A stretch of DNA of 64,000 bases. Origin: Blastocystis sp. Blastoise (Eukaryota; Protista; Bigyra: Opalinata). How positions within the stretch are numbered: the stretch's first letter is position 1; every line of letters starts with the position of its first letter. Location of the stretch: assembly GCA_039096225.1 (NCBI GenBank), contig JBBPEB010000007.1, positions 434,001 through 498,000 on the forward strand, read 5' to 3'. A program made the position numbers and the translations under genes. A model generated the notes under the pieces. It did no database searches. It was not told where the DNA came from and saw only the letters and a list, made by a program, of their open reading frames with translations. This document shows positions 38,196 through 53,400 of this stretch, piece by piece.

Positions 38196-38995
38196 ATGTC
38201 TTCTAAACGTGGTATGACTTTTTATACGTTCAATTAGTAATTATTAATTAAAAATAGGTCGTGCTGGAGCTACTGGTCAAAAGTTCAGAACTACTCTTGG
38301 TTTACCCAACTGTGCTATCTTAAACTGTGCTGATAACACTGGTGCCAAGAATCTCTATGTTATTTCCGTTACTGGTGTCAAGGGTACACTTAACATGCTT
38401 CCTTCCGCCTCTGTCGGTGATATGTTTATGGCTTCTGTCAAGAAGGGTTCTCCTGAACTTCGTAAGAAGGTTACTCCTTTTTTCATTTTATATATATAAA
38501 TTTTTATTATTTTTATAATTTTTTCTTTATTTTTATTTTATTTTTATTTTATTTTTATTTTATTTTTATTTTTCTATCTTTTGATTTCATGTGTATAATA
38601 TTTATATATTTTTTTGGTTACTCCTGCTCTTGTCGTTAGACAACGTAAATCTTGGAGAAGAAAGAACGGTGTTTATCTTTATTTTGAAGGTATTTATATA
38701 TATATATTACATTTATAGATATTAACACAATTTCAAATTCAATCATTTATAAACGAATGATCTTCATCTTTTTTATTATTATTGAAATATTATTTTATAA
38801 ATAGATAATTCATTTCAAATATATATATTTTTATATTATTATTGCTATTATATACATTATATAAATATAGATAACGCTGGTGTCGTCGTCAACCCTAAGG
38901 GTGAAATGAAGGGATCTGGTATTACTGGACCTGTTGCCAAGGAAGCTGCTGATTTATGGCCTAAAGTCGCTTCTGCTGCTAGTTCCATCTGGTAA
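38196..38995 (+). CDS. RPL23: 60S ribosomal protein uL14 (L23), 3 introns
   Basis: [61 protein letters not shown]. Confidence 0.97.
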
Positions 38996-39210
38996 ACAAT
39001 TTCAACTTATTACGAAGATATACTGCAATGTGTTTTGTGTTTTGTTTTTTATTAAATATAACAGTTATATATATATTTAGCTTTATTTTTGTGGATATAT
39101 TTTTAAAATAATAATTTCTTTATCGTTTTTCTTTACATATTTTATAAATAGTATTACATTTTTAAATACAAAACCCAGAAAAAAGATAAAGCTATAAATT
39201 TATCATTCTT

Positions 39211-39848
39211 TTAAGCATCACAGCCTTTCATAATACTAATACCACCACTTGTTCCAAGACGATTAGCTCCAGCTTCAATCATTTTCATGGCATCTTCATA
39301 AGTACGAATACCACCAGCAGCTTTAACTTTACCATTGTATTGATCAGCAACACGTCTCATGATCTTAACAGCTTCAACAGTAGCTCCATCTATTATAGAA
39401 AGAGAATTATTTGAATAAATAAAAAAAAAGAATAGATACAATTTTTTATAGAATATATATTGTTTATAGTAATAGGAGAATAATTATAAAATAGTTGAAT
39501 GCATACTTATAATATAAATAAATATTATAATAATAATAAAAAGAATAAAAAAAGAATCACAAAAAAATAAATAGATAAAGAATTATAAAGAATATAACTA
39601 TACTAGTACCAAAACCAGTAGAAGTTTTAACAAATTGAGCACCAGCCTTAAAAGTCAAATGAGAAGCTTTTTCAATTTCTTCATCATTTAAATAACAACT
39701 ATATTAGTAATAATATATATATAGTATTATTTATTATTATTATTATTATATAGAATTCAATATACGTTTCAATAATAACCTTGAGAAGAGTATTATGTTG
39801 TTTACACATATCAGCTACAGACCTATTTTAAATATAACATTATTGATA

Positions 39849-39884
<36 letters not shown>

Positions 39885-40318
39885 AATATATATATAACTA
39901 ATAAATAAATAATAAATAAATAAATAAATAATAATAAAAAAACATAACAAATAATTATAGATTAAAAGAAATACTTTATATCTTGTTCAACAGCGTCGTA
40001 GTCACCAGCTTTCATTAAACCAATAGGAATAACCATATCAACTTCATCAGCACCATCTTCAATAGCAACTTCGGTTTCATGGACCTTAGCAGCTGTAGAT
40101 GTAGCACCTAAGGGAAAACCAATAACAGTACAGACTTTAACAGATGATTGTTCTTTCTTGAAATATTCAGCAGCTAATTTAACAAATACAGGATTGATAC
40201 AAACACTCCAGAAGTGGTTTTCAGTAGCTTCCTTACATAATTTCTCAATATCATTAGGAGTAGCAAAAGCTTTAAGGAGGGTATGATCAATATATGAAGC
40301 AATAGTCTTTGAATCCAT
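39211..40318 (-). CDS. deoC: Deoxyribose-phosphate aldolase, short bacterial type, 3 introns
   Basis: [59 protein letters not shown]. Confidence 0.96.
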
Positions 40319-40595
40319 AGTAAATCTTGTATAATCTAAAAGAAAATGAATAATCTTTAAAAGAAAATTTTATTTACGGATTTATTCTGAAGAATTCTTA
40401 ACTACCTATCATTTGTGTTTTTTCAGAATTTTCTTTAAAGAATTATTAAAAATCATTCATATTTCTATTATTAATTATAGAAAATATACTTTTGTAAGTT
40501 TGAATTACAGAACTCTATATATATACTATTGCTCCTTGATTTTTAATATTAAAGAAATTATCTCATTGTGATTATTCAAGAATAGTTGTGAAATA

Positions 40596-41744
40596 ATGCC
40601 ACCATCCTTATATTCAGAAGGTGAATATACTAAAAATAACAACTAGATTATACTATAATTGCTATATATAGCATTATCTGATATTCTTTTGGAATATTTT
40701 GAAGTTTATATTCATCAGATACTATTCTATTCAAAGTTATATCCAAAAGGTATTTTCATTATTCTATATACGTGAATGATTTCAATTTAGAATTATTTGA
40801 AAGATCTGTAAAGTATAATACGTTGACCATGATGTGCAGACATCCAGAACTGAATGAATATATATATAAATTTGTTCAAAGTTTAAAAGACTGGCTACTT
40901 GATGTATAAATATATATATTTGTCTTATTCTTTGTATATATTATTGTGTATACTTATTAATTATTATTTTTTTCTTCTAGGGTTCATTATCTTCCTTTGA
41001 TATATTGATTTATAATAATATTGATGAAATTGTTGAAACTTTTAAATTAAAGGTGTGATGTTATTATTATAATTATTATTATTCGATTTTTTTTTATATT
41101 TAATTATTCTATAGATTGAATCATTAGCTGTGAATTTAACAGATGTTATTGATTTTGATAAAGTATATTTTGATCTTATTTTTATGATATATAAAATATC
41201 TATATAATAAAGTCAGTCTAATAATGATTTATTTAAAAAATATATGTTGTTTTCTATTTGATTGAATATACTATATATTTTTTTGAATATGATTTTATAT
41301 AGATTAGAATATATATTAAATATATATATAGATTAGATCATCAATGAGATCTAGTATTTTACGAATCTCTTTATCAGAACAATATTATAAACAATTATCA
41401 TCAGGTATATATATTTTTTATTATTCAATAGTATATAGAATTCTATATATATATTATTTTTATATATTTTATAGAATGTACATTTCGTTTACAAGTCGAA
41501 AGACATATGGAGAAGAAGATAGATAATAAAATACATCAGAATATGAATCAAAAGGCAAAAATGAAATTAGATTATTCTGAAATTAAAGTATTATTATATA
41601 TGTTATCCTATTTTAAAGTTAAATAATAATAAATGTAATGATAACCTATATATATAGAAAGAATCTACATCAACTATTTTTACTCAATCCATTGGTACAA
41701 TTTATACTCCTATTCTTTCTATGCAAATATTATGTTATACATAA
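40596..41744 (+). CDS. REV7: HORMA protein REV7/MAD2L2 (DNA polymerase zeta subunit)
   Basis: Spliced: LSDILLEYFEVYIHQILFYSKLYPKELFERSVKYNTLTMMCRHPELNEYI..IVETFKL..CTFRLQV. Confidence 0.88.
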
Positions 41745-41882
41745 GTCATATAGTGAATTCTTTTTGCTAATTCTTTTGTGTTTAAAAAATAAATATAAAT
41801 TATAGAATAATTAAAAAATAAAAACAAAAACCAATATAGAATTATCATAAACATCACATATATAACAATAAAACAAAAAGAT

Positions 41883-42622
41883 TTACATCAAATCCTTTTT
41901 AATAATTTCTAATAAATCATTCACTTGTGATTCATTCAAACGCTCAGGACATTCTTCAATAATCTAAATATTATATAGATATTATATAAATATAATAAAT
42001 ATAATATAAATATAATATAAATATAATAAATATAATATAAATATAATAAATATAATATAAATAGAATAATACAATAAATAGAATAATATAATAAATAGAA
42101 TACTATAATAAGTATAATAAATTGAATAATAAAAATATATCTAAAAAACATTAATAAACTATAATTATATACAAGATAGATATCTACTGGTAACATAGGA
42201 ACAATATTAAGTAATTGCATTCGCTCAGCTTTAGTTATATGTATATTAGCACTCTTTTCAAATTCATCTACATCTTTTAAAAACATCTCTACTCTATATA
42301 TTTTATAATTTTAATGATAGATTTCCTAAATTACAAAAAGAATTTAAAAAGCATAGAGAATAAAAAAAGGAGATTAACAAAGAAATAAAAAAAAAAATAC
42401 TTTTCAGGAGTGATTGTATCTGCTGCTGTTGTTTTAATATAAGAACGTACATGACTTTGAATAAAAGGAAATTGTCCAAGAATTCGTGATTGTTTCGTTC
42501 TTTTAGGAGGTCTTTGTTCTTCAACACACCATAACACTTCTGCATTCGATAATAATGTTTTTTCTTTTGCTCTATATATAAAAAAAATATCGATATAACG
42601 TAAAACAAACATACATTTCCAT
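41883..42622 (-). CDS. CRCP: RNA polymerase III subunit RPC9/Rpc17 (Rpb4 family)
   Basis: LLSNAEVL..VRSYI..ITKAERMQLLNIVP..DIYLIIEECPERLNESQVNDLLEII. Confidence 0.88.
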
Positions 42623-42891
42623 TTGATTTTGTTTTTGATAAAGTCTATCTAATGAATATAGATAAGAGTCGGTATTTGTTACATACTTATAGAATTAAGT
42701 CTTGCTGAATTTATAAAAATATATAGATAAACTGTATTTTAAAAGAAAACAATGAAACCATTGGGAATTCTCAATTTTATAGTCAATTATCCTAGATAAT
42801 CACAAGTAGAATGATTGATGTTCTATTTTTTTTTAAAGAACTTTTTAAAAGTCTTTTTTATATTTATATTCTCATAATATAGTTATCAAGA

Positions 42892-44245
42892 ATGTCTCGT
42901 ATGTTTTTTATACTTGATAGATTTACTTAGAATAGTTGAAGAATTAAAAGAACAACAAATGATGGAAATTGAAGCCATGGAATCCATCTATATGGACGAA
43001 TTTCAATTGATAAATAAGGATGAAGGTGAGTATTCTATAAAGATTATTCCTGATCCTTCTGGTGAAAACTTCGTATCTGTTGTTTTACATGTAAAATATA
43101 CTGAAGAATATCCTAATTCTCTTCCTGAAATTACTCTTGATGATCCTGTTTGTTTAAGAGGTACAGATCTTGAACAAATATATGATATAATTGATTCTTG
43201 TGGTAAAGAATTACTTGGAAATGAAATGATATTTACTATTGCTGAATCTGTTCGAGAATTCTTAATTCCTATTAATGAGCCTAGAAGTTCTGTATTTATT
43301 TATTATTTTATTTATTTATTTATTTTTTTATTAATTTATTTATTTACATAGTTTTCTTTATAATCTATATAATAATTTTATTATATATAAATATATAGGA
43401 AGTTAGTATGTATGAACAAATGATGAATAAACAAAAACATGATGCTAAAATACAAGCTATTGTAAGCTATTAATGTTTTTTTTAAATATATATATATATA
43501 TATATTTATATATATTTAGAAAGAAGCTGAAACTACTGTTGCTGAAAAACAAGTTAAAAAGAGAGGTATTTATAAGCTATTTATATATTTATTATTATCT
43601 ATGTTTCATTACAAATCTATATTAATTGCTTATATTCAATTTATATATATATATTTACTTTTATGATGAAATAATGTATATATATAATATAATATATAAT
43701 ATATACATATATAATATATATATAGGTACTCCTGTTACTCCTGAAGTCTTTCTTGCTTGGTTTGAAAAGTTTATGGATGAAATGGGCCATCATTTCTTAA
43801 CTGCAGAAGATAGTGATAAACCATCAGGTATATATATATATGTATTATTTGCTTATTTTTTATGATTTAATATTTTATATATATATATATATGCTATGTA
43901 CTTGAATAATCTTTATTATATATATATTATATTCTATTTTTTAGTTTTTTTTTACATAATCTATATTTAATGATAAACTATATATATAATATAACAATAA
44001 TAATTATTATAGGACGTGAATTATTCGAGAAACATTCTAAAGAATTATTGGCTCAAGAAAGATGTATATATATATATTTATATATTTATATAAATTCTTT
44101 TTTATATGACAAATAATAATATAATAGATTCTTTATTATCCTATACTATTACTATTATCTTTTTATCTTCTTTTATCATTTTCTTATCATTTTCTTATCA
44201 TTTTCTTATCATTTTCTTATCATTTCATTTCTTCTCTTCTTTTTC

Positions 44246-44279
<34 letters not shown>

Positions 44280-44458
44280 GTATAGCTCTTGAAGAGGGTG
44301 AAGGTGTATATGAAGATGAAGATGAAATATTAAAGGAATTAGAAGAACAACAAGCCAAAGAAGGGATTAATAATGATGCTACTCCTGAATATGGAGAAAT
44401 ATATAATATAGATTCAGATAATCTACCTAGTACAGATGATGAAGAAGATGAAGAATAA
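42892..44458 (+). CDS. RWDD1: RWD domain protein 1 (Gir2/DFRP2)
   Basis: EQQMMEIEAMESIY..YTEEYPNSLP..LGNEMIFTI; C-terminal GTPVTPEVFLAW..KPSGRELFE and acidic tail. Confidence 0.9.
44165..44225. repeat. 11-bp tandem repeat (TTTTCTTATCA)n in an RWDD1 intron
   Basis: About 4-5 visible copies. Confidence 0.8.
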
Positions 44459-45191
44459 AGAAATATATATTTGAATTCTATTCAAATAAAATAACTAGTT
44501 TTTTTATTTAATATATATAATTCTATTCTATAATATATATTTTTCTTTTATTCATCATCAACGTTAGGATTGATTCATCTCGTTTTTTTTCTGGTTTTAT
44601 ATACTTGGGAATATTCTTTTCGTATTCATTCTTGATAAGAAATACTTTCTTTCTATATATATATATTCTTTTTCCTCTTTGTGTTCATTTTTATACTATT
44701 GCATCAACAACTTGTTTTTTTTTGTTTTTCATTTTGTTTTTTTTATAACACTCCATTCAAAGTAAAATAATCAAAAAATATTTAAATTACAAGAATTCAT
44801 ATTTTGAAAATACTTTCGTTATGTAGTTCTTTCGTTTTTCACATACATGTGATTAGTCCTCATTCAGTATGTAGAATTATAGTTGTAGTTGACTAGACAA
44901 AACAGGGTCAGATATATCTATTATAGAAATATATATAAAACCCTAATTGACACACACAAAAAAACACATTTATGTAATTATAATATTCAAATTAAATACC
45001 ATCAACTATAGATTGCTATCAAATCATTCTCAACGGTATTTATATCACAATTTGATCAAAATTAAAAGAATAAATGAAAAAGAACAACAATATTGTGGAA
45101 ACACCATAATAACCATAAAAAAGAGTTATTATCCTGAAGTTTCACTTCTTTTCCCGAAACAACTTTTTTTCTTTAGTTAATATAGTTATCT

Positions 45192-48009
45192 ATGGAAAAT
45201 TTTTACGTTTCTGCAAACGGAAGGTCTGAGTCCATCCCATTGGATGACCCAGATACCTCTTGCGAAATGCTAGCTGATTGCATTGAAGTATTTTCATTTC
45301 TTAAACATCTTTATTATTTGTAGAAACTGTTTAATATACCAGTGGAAAGTCAGATATGGCAATATGATGGAAGAATGATTCCTATTGAAGGCACTTTTCG
45401 TTCACAACGATTTGCACGACAACAAACACTTTTCGTTTATACAAGACAAGTCTCTGATAATCAGGGTGATCCAAATCAAGAAATTACAATTTATGCTCAA
45501 TATGAAGACACCTGTTTGTCATTAGATTGCGTTTTGAATACAAGAATAGAGGAAATTCTTAATTGTTTTCTTTCTGTATGTACAATGAATAATTTGATTA
45601 TTACTTATTATACGTTTTTATTATAGTTATTCTTTGAAAGAGAAATTTTTGTTGATAATCCTTGTTTCGAATTTAATGGTGAATTCCTTGATAATGAAAA
45701 TACACTTGCTGATTATCATATCCAACATAGAGATAGATTAACTATCTTAAATAAACATCCTATTCAATTAGTATGTAAATATATTTTTTTTGTTTATAAT
45801 TATATTTTTAGGAATCTCCAAATCAATATTCTTCATTTAATATGAATATGAATAATATGAATATGAATATGAATAATATGAATATGAATATGAATAATAT
45901 GAATATGAATAATATGAATATGAATATGAATAATATGAATATGAATAATATGAATATGAATTATAATAATATGAATTATAATAATATGAATACTATGTCT
46001 CAATATCCTCCTATTACTATGTCTTCTAATTATAATCGTACTATTCCTATACCTCTGTCTAATCCTTATCCTTCTACTTATATTATGAATAATAATCAAC
46101 AATTACCTACTATGAATAATAATATGTATATGAATAATAATATGAATATGAATAATATGAATAATAATATGAATAATAATATGAATAATAATATGAATGA
46201 TATGAATAATAATAATAATAATCCAAATATTCCAAGTTCTATTCAGCCTATAAATCCTATACAATCCTTACCCTCTCTCTCTTCTCCTCCTCTTCCTCCT
46301 CCTCTTCCTATACCTCCATGTATACCTACTTCTAATCAGACTTCTTCTATTCCTATGCTATCATCACCTATTCATACTAGTAATAATACTAATTATAATA
46401 ATACTAATAATCCTAATTATAATAATAATCCTAATAATAATATACCTTCATCTCTACCTACTTTACCTTCTCTTCCTTTTCTACCTTCACTTCCTATACA
46501 AAACAATATGAATATAAATTCTTCTTCAATTCCAACATTACCACTCAATCAATTTAATTCGAATCCCTCTTTATCCTCTAATGCTGATCATGCCGCTGGT
46601 TCACAATCACGTGACCCAAACGTCATTAACAGTCTTTCAGGAAATAATAATATGAATAATATGAATATGAATATTCCTAATATGAATATTCCTAATATGA
46701 ATAATAATATGAATAATAATATGAATAATAATATGAATAATAATAATATGAATATTCCTAATATGAATAACATTATGAATAATAATATGAATAATAATAT
46801 GAATAATAATAATATGAATATCCCTAATATGAATAACATTATGAATAATAATATGAATAATAATATGAATAATACTATGAATATCCCAACTAATGCCTTT
46901 AGAATTCCTTCTCATCCATCTCTTCCTTTTATGCCGTTTCCTTATTCTATGTCATTTCCTTATTCTCTATCACTTCCATTACATAATCTCTCCTCTACTC
47001 TTCATAACCCAATGCAACTAATGAATCCAAATAATCCTATTATTCCTAATAATATAAATAATATGAACATTCCTAATAATATAAATAATATGAATATAAA
47101 TAATAATATAAATAATATGAATATAAATAATAATATTCCAAATAATTTCAGTTCTACTCCTGAAATGAACTTTAATTCTTCTTCTTCTATTAATATAATT
47201 CCTGATTCAGTTGAAATAATGAATGAAAATGATATAGATAAAGATGACGTATATATATATATATATATATTATTATATTATTATATCTCATTCTATATAT
47301 AGCAGTTTTGTCTCTATACTCATGATAAATTATATAAATTAATTTCTAAAAGTGATTTTAATAATTTGGATGATATTCTAACAGATATACATGTATATAT
47401 ATTTATATTCTTCTTAATTTTTTTTTCTTCTTATTCTTATTATTATTCTATATATAGACTAATAAATCTCTTCCTTATCCTATATATATATTTACTGACG
47501 GTCATCGTATTCAGTCTTTTGAAGAATTATATAATAGTCTTTCTAAGACGATCTCCTTTTATTCTGTATATTATTATTATAGTTTATTCTATATATAAAA
47601 TAATATATTTTATTTGTTTATTCTATATATTTGTTGTATATATATAAACGGATATATTCTATATAATAGTATTATTAAATAGTTTTTAGATAAGTTTTTA
47701 ACATATATATATATAGATATCTTCTATTGAAATGGATTCTATTCACTCTGAAGAACCTTGTTTTGAAGGTATATACTATTTATAATATTAATAATAATAA
47801 TAATAATATAATATATATATAGATGAATGTAATGATAAAACTACTGGTTATTTATGCTTTAATTGTATATATATTATATTATATTATATATATACATATA
47901 TATATATATAATTATTATAGATACTTCATCTTTCCTTTCTGTTGAAGCTATTAATAAATTCCTATGGAACATTCCTAAAGAAACATCTATTCTCTATATG
48001 TCTGGTATA

Positions 48010-48056
<47 letters not shown>

Positions 48057-49966
48057 TAATAATAATAATATAATAATTATGATAAGTAAAATAATGGAAT
48101 AAAATTATTTTATTTATTATTATTATATATATATATATATATATAGATATTAATGATATTAAATATCGATATAAGATATTTATTGATGATAATAATATCA
48201 CGAAATGTATTCCTTATAGTATTACTATACCCCTTTTAAGTATATATATTTATTATTATTAATATAACTATACTATTATTTATATATAGCTACTTTAGGT
48301 ATAGATTTTGAAAAAGAAGAAGAAAAAGAGGATGATAAGAAGATATATATATCATTTCCTTATACTCATCATATTACAACTGTTCATATATCCTGTATAT
48401 ATATTATATAAGATAATATTACTAATAATAATTATAATATTTTAATTCATAAATATGACAATAATAATAGTATACATAATAATATATATATAATAATAAT
48501 AATATATATAGTATTTGAAGATGACGATTTATATGAAGATGCAACTGAAGAACGAGAAACCGTTATAAAACACTATTTAAATTGTTTCCCTAAAGATGAT
48601 AAAATACAGATATTAATTGATCAAAAAGATTATTCTTCTATTCTTCACAGTCTTTCTAATGGTATCATATATGATAATGGTGATACTGGTATATATATAT
48701 ATATAATACTATATAATACTATATACATTTTTATTTATAAAACTATATATATACATTTTTATAAAACTATATATAGGTATATTACTATCAAGAATTCATT
48801 CTAATGATTTATTAATTGAATATCCTCCTGATATATCTATTCTTATTCAATCATCTATTGATAATTCTTCAAAAACATTGATTTCTTCATTATTTTTAGG
48901 AATGAATTCATTTATGATAAATGATCATTTTTATATTCAATCTATATCAAAAAATACTGGATCTAAAAAAGCAAAAACAATTGATTATGTATTTCCTTAT
49001 GTTAAGCAAAATGATGAGAATTCTTATAATATATTTGAAGGTTGTATTTATACTTATTATATTTCGAATATTAAAGATAAAGAAATTACTATTGGTTCAA
49101 CAACAATTATTTGTAAATATAATAATTTAATTATTCATTCAACAGATAGTCAATTTTCTATATTTATGGATTCTATTGAATATATATATCAGCCTTATCG
49201 TTCTATTTCTCCTATACAAAAACGTATTATTCCAACATTTACGGATAATGCTATAAAACGTAATCAATGTGTTGAACAGAGTATTTTAAAAGGTATGAAT
49301 TTATTAATTGAAGGTACAACTTCTTCTGCTAAAACATATACTGTTGAATATATATGTCAAAAATGTCAATTACCTTTATTAAGATTTAATTTCTCTCCTT
49401 CAACTACTCTAGAAGATCTTATAGGTGATTATATTATTAAAACTATTAATGGAAAACAAAAATTAGTATTTTCTGAAGGTCCATTTACTCAAGCATTTAT
49501 TAATGGTTATATATTATTATTAGATGAAATGTCATTAGCAAGAGAAGAAGTAATAGAACCACTTATGGGTTGTTTAGATTCTGAAGAATTATATATAAAT
49601 AAAACATCTGGCTATCAAATATATAAAATGCATAAAGATTTCCGTATTATTGCTACTCAAAATCCTGCTGGTTCTACTTATGAACGTACTAAATTTAATA
49701 ATCGAGTTTTAGATCATTTCAGACTGCTGAAACATCCTGAATTTCCTGAAATGAGTGATGAAGAAATTCAACGTATTTCTGATAATATTTTTATAAATAA
49801 TAATGAGAATAATAATAATGATAATATTGATGATGATGAATTGAAGAATAAGAATAATAATAAAGAGGATATTCATGAGAGTAATGAACGATCTTATAAT
49901 ACTTTTGAAGCTTATGATCAAGCTAAAAAAAGAAATGAGAAGTATAAAAAAGATATTATTGACAAG

Positions 49967-50003
<37 letters not shown>

Positions 50004-50405
50004 GTGATAAAAATAAAAATGAGGGTGATGAAGATATTCTTCCTTATTCTACTTATTCCCGTGAATATACTATTCGTGATTTCACACGTGTATCTTCTTT
50101 ATGTCGTTATATGTCACTTTCTCATGCTTTATCACTTGTATTTTCAAATCCAGAAATAGAATCCTTTAATTGTCCTTCTATTCCTATTACTTATTCAAAA
50201 CAACCTATGTATCCATCTATATGGAATGAATGTATATATAATATTGATAGAGGATTAACTGCAGGAAATCATATTTTAATAGTATCAAAATCTGCATTTA
50301 CATCTTCAACTTATATTCATGCTTATTTAGATTATAAAATGAATCTATATAATAAAAAGAATAAAGAAATGAAAAATAATAATGATTATGATGATAATAA
50401 TAGTG

Positions 50406-50442
<37 letters not shown>

Positions 50443-53400
50443 TAATAATAATAACAATAATAATAATAATAATTCTTCTGAATCATTATTATATTCTATA
50501 CATAATGTGAATACTATATATTGTTATAGTTCATTAGCTACAGATACTTTAGTAGGATCCTATATTATGAATAAAGAGAATCGTAAGAAGCCTATATGGA
50601 AAGATTCTGCTTTATTACAATCAATAACTAATGGTGAAATATGTTTATTTGAATCATTACATTTATTAAAATCAAATGTAATTGAAAGATTAAATTCATT
50701 ATTAGAATTAATTCCTAATGATGGAAATAATCATATTATTCGTTTTGATGAACGTACTATTCAACCTGTTATTACTATTCATCCTAATTTTAGAATTATT
50801 GCTACTGTAGAAGAAAATGCACTTAAACGTTTTTCACCTGCTTTATTAAATCGATTTTTAATTATTAATATAGATGAACAATTAATAAAAGATGAACAAT
50901 TATTTACTGATATTCCTTTTGATAAATATGATTCTAAAATATCGAATCATGATTATAATAAGAATGACAATAATAATAATTATAATATAAATTCTATAAT
51001 TAGTACTGATTCTGATAGTGATTCTAACACTAATTCTGATAGTGATTCAGATAGTGATAATAATAATAATAAATATAATAATAATACTAATAAATATTAT
51101 AATAATAATTCTAGTGATGATTCTTCTAGTGATGATTCTTCTAGTGATAATTATGAAGAAGAAGATTTTTTCTCTTCATTTTTAACAACGAACAAAATAG
51201 ATTTCAGTGAATTTGATACATTTGAAAAAATGAATATTTATAAATTATATAATTTTCTTTCTCAATTTTTAGATGATAAACAAATAAGTAAATATTTATC
51301 TGTATATTTAAAAAGTGATTCAATATCTTCTTTAGAAGATAATATACCTGATATTATTCATAAAAAAGAATATTTTGAATTATTATTTTCTATATGTTTT
51401 AATCGTTGTATAAGTATATATGGATTATCCGAAAGTGGAAAGACTTATTTATTAGATAATATATTATATAATATTCATAATTCAAATCATATAGTATTAC
51501 ATTTATCAAATGATACAGAAATAGGTCAATTATTAGGTCATTATTCTATAGATGGTGAATTTCATGATGGTATATTATTACAATGTATAAAAGAAGGTAA
51601 AGTATTAATATTAGATCAAGCACAAATGATTAATAAAGAAATATTTGAAGAATGTCAACAATTTATGAATCCTTTAATTGATTCATTTATATATAGTTAT
51701 CAAACTATACATATTCATCCTGAATTTAGAATAATATTTAATTATACTACACAATCTATAGAACATTTACCATATATATTACCTGAATATATACAAAGAA
51801 TACCAATTCCTTCGTATACAAAGGAAGAAATTAAATTAATTATAAATGATAAAGATTTAGATTTGATTATAGATAAAGAATCGCTTTCTTTATCATTACT
51901 TTTAAAATATCAAGAAATATATACATATTATTATGAACAATCTCATTTTTCTATTTTATATTATATATTTTTATATTCAAAGAATCCTGAAGAATTATGT
52001 AAATTAAATCCTAAAGAATATTCTATATATTTATCTTTTTGTTCAACTCCAATTACTTATAAAGAACGAAAAATTAATTATTTCGATGAAGGTTATAATG
52101 AAGATGATGATGATTATTTCTTAAGAAGTAGTAATTCTAATATAGATGACATATCAAATCATTTAATTAATAAATATGATGAATATATTACTGATAGTGA
52201 TAGTAGTGATAATGATAGTTATAATAGTGATACTGATAGTAGTGATAATGATAGTTATAATAGTGATAATAGTGATAATAGTGATAGTAGTGATACTGAT
52301 AGTGATTATTCTAATAATTCTAATAATTCTAATAATTCTAATAATTCTAATAATTCTAATAATTCTAATAATTCTAGTGATAGTGACAGTGACAGTGATC
52401 ATTATGTTATAAAGAAAAAGAAGAACTTTTTTGATTCAAAATCATTAAAGAAAGAATCTCTTCAATATAATGCACAAAAAACTCTTGTTACAAAGAAGTA
52501 TTATTATACTTTATCAAAATTAACAATGAATTTAAATATTGTATTATATAAACCTTTAGAAGATGTAAAACAATCATTTCTTCAATTATTATTTAAAGTA
52601 TTATTATTAAAGAAATCATATCCATTATTATTTATTGGTCAATCGGATGAACGTAATAATTTAATTTCTTATCTCTATCCTTCTGTTGAATGTATAGAAT
52701 TATCTCATAGTTTAGAATCATTTCATTTATTAGGTCAAACAACAATTATGAATAATATAGCTCTTAAACAATTATTATTAACATTTAATCATATATTAAA
52801 AGATGAAGATCATCCTTTTTATTCATGGATTAAAAATATAGAAGAAAAATCAAATGATAATAATAATAATCAAACTTCATTATTATTATATCAACCAGGA
52901 ATAGTCTTTAATTCTATATTAAATAATCAAGTTATAATATTAGATAATTTAGATTTATTAAATCATGATACTTATCAACGATTTTTACTTTTATTAAATA
53001 TATCTCCATATGAAGTATTATATGAAGATATGAATGGATCATTTTCTAAAGAAATTAATAATTATTATTCTAAATTAATAGATTCTAATTATAATTATAC
53101 TATAAGTAAAAATCATATATCATTTCCTATTCATGCAACCGTCGATCGATTACATTATAATACTGTTGCTTGTTATCATGATTTCTTCCCTATATATCTA
53201 TATACTACAGAAGATGAAGAATTATATAATAAATATCCTATATTAGAAAAAGTTGATGATTTATTATTATTAACAAATCATCATACAAGATCTATACAAG
53301 AAGGATTAAATAAATATAATATTTCATTAACTATTATTGATATATTACAACAAATTATATCTTCATTTCATAAATTATCTGATTGTTTATATTTCTTAAT

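Noticed and set aside
47551-47560. ATCTCCTTTT as a variant U12 donor
   Set aside because: A canonical GT donor at 47566 gives the correct phase.
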